Assembly (NCBI GenBank): GCA_977017575.1
Contig: CDRNVI010000003.1
Location: 620,001-684,000, forward strand
Reading direction: 5' to 3'
From: Paramoeba atlantica
Lineage: Eukaryota; Protista; Discosea
DNA length: 64,000 nucleotides
Notes under the pieces: model-generated
Databases searched by the model: none
The model's input: only the letters and a program-made list of their open reading frames with translations
What the model was told of the DNA's origin: nothing
Position numbers and translations under genes: made by a program
Shown here: positions 63,227 through 64,000 of the stretch, in pieces
How the letters are laid out: each line of letters opens with the position of its first letter
How positions within the stretch are numbered: the stretch's first letter is position 1

Positions 63227-63750
63227 ACCCTAGTTATTTGATGCCTTGTTTTATTGGCATTGGGCAAATCCATCTATAGGAAAGGTGTAATGCCCTAGTT
63301 CTTTAGCATCTTGCTATTTTGATGCCGGGTACCTCCTTTCGTAAGCTTTCTAGTTTGCTTACATATTGTACGCATCTATGATGATGAATTAGGCAATATA
63401 TCTCCGAGGAGATGTTACCTCCCTAGAACAAGCCTCCCCTTATCGCTTGCTAGGAGCTGTGCCACGCAGCACGCAAGTCAAATCCGAAGATTTGACCAGA
63501 TCGAGCGCGAGCAGCCAGCTTATCTTTTTTTATCCCCTTTTATATACTACAAGAAAATATTCTTTATGAAAAAACACTTCTTTTGAAGTGAAAAACACAA
63601 CACACTCCAAAGATTATGCTGAATGACACCCACCCTAGTTTCTTAGTACCTTGTTATATCCGGTACCGGGCGGTGTCATTCTCACGCTGCGATGTCTGGG
63701 TGACCGTTACCCTAGTTATTTTGTGCCTTGTTTTGTTGGCACCGGGTAGT
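63227..63750 (-). repeat. Four hairpin modules in two pairs (63227-63265, 63292-63330, 63621-63681, 63709-63747); S2-related element
   Basis: Same consensus as 21670-21866 with different stems; 63560-63750 aligns with 21735-21930. Confidence 0.8.
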
Positions 63751-64000
63751 GTCATCCGCGGGACCTTGATCGTACCCACCCTAGGTATGTAGTACGCATC
63801 TATACCAATATCGTATGTATCACTTGTTCCATATAAGTCCTGTATTTCATACGACGTACTTCCTGCCTATGATATCATAAATGGGAAACTTTAATTTAAG
63901 TTTCTCTCTTTTTTCTGCGCTTTCTTTGTTTCGTTTCTTCTTGCTTATACTTTTCAAGCGTGCTCCTCCATTTAACCCTGTCTTGTGCCTGGTATTTCCA

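Overview
This 64 kb window is eukaryotic and almost entirely mobile DNA; I recognised no host housekeeping gene. A 37-nt sequence, ACTTTAACGATAAAGATACAGTTTCTGTAC(C/T)TTGTTG, carries the euglenozoan spliced-leader (SL) core CAGTTTCTGTAC and occurs as 7 clear full or partial copies plus one weak 8-nt remnant. Together with TATE/VIPER-like and CRE/SLACS-like retroelements, this points to a kinetoplastid or related euglenozoan (inference). Contents: (i) a complete hAT-type transposon with an intact transposase, 23-bp TIRs and a 6-bp TSD; (ii) at least seven tyrosine-recombinase (YR) retrotransposon copies, two full-length and nested in other elements; (iii) CRE-like non-LTR elements of two subfamilies, one with an intact 1198-aa ORF flanked by SL copies; (iv) an SL-headed two-ORF RT-REL element and an RTE-like RT with RNase H; (v) a deleted Tc1-like element, a MITE and several tandem repeats. 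Three signals stand out. First, SL exons lacking a GT donor sit at retroelement junctions, once beside their own unspliced AG acceptor. Second, a recurring hairpin module with five different compensatory stems is carried by TSD-flanked SINE-like insertions. Third, a 7-14-7 dyad junction defines the ends and TSD-free integration of the YR elements. All protein assignments come from motif recognition by eye; no database search was run.
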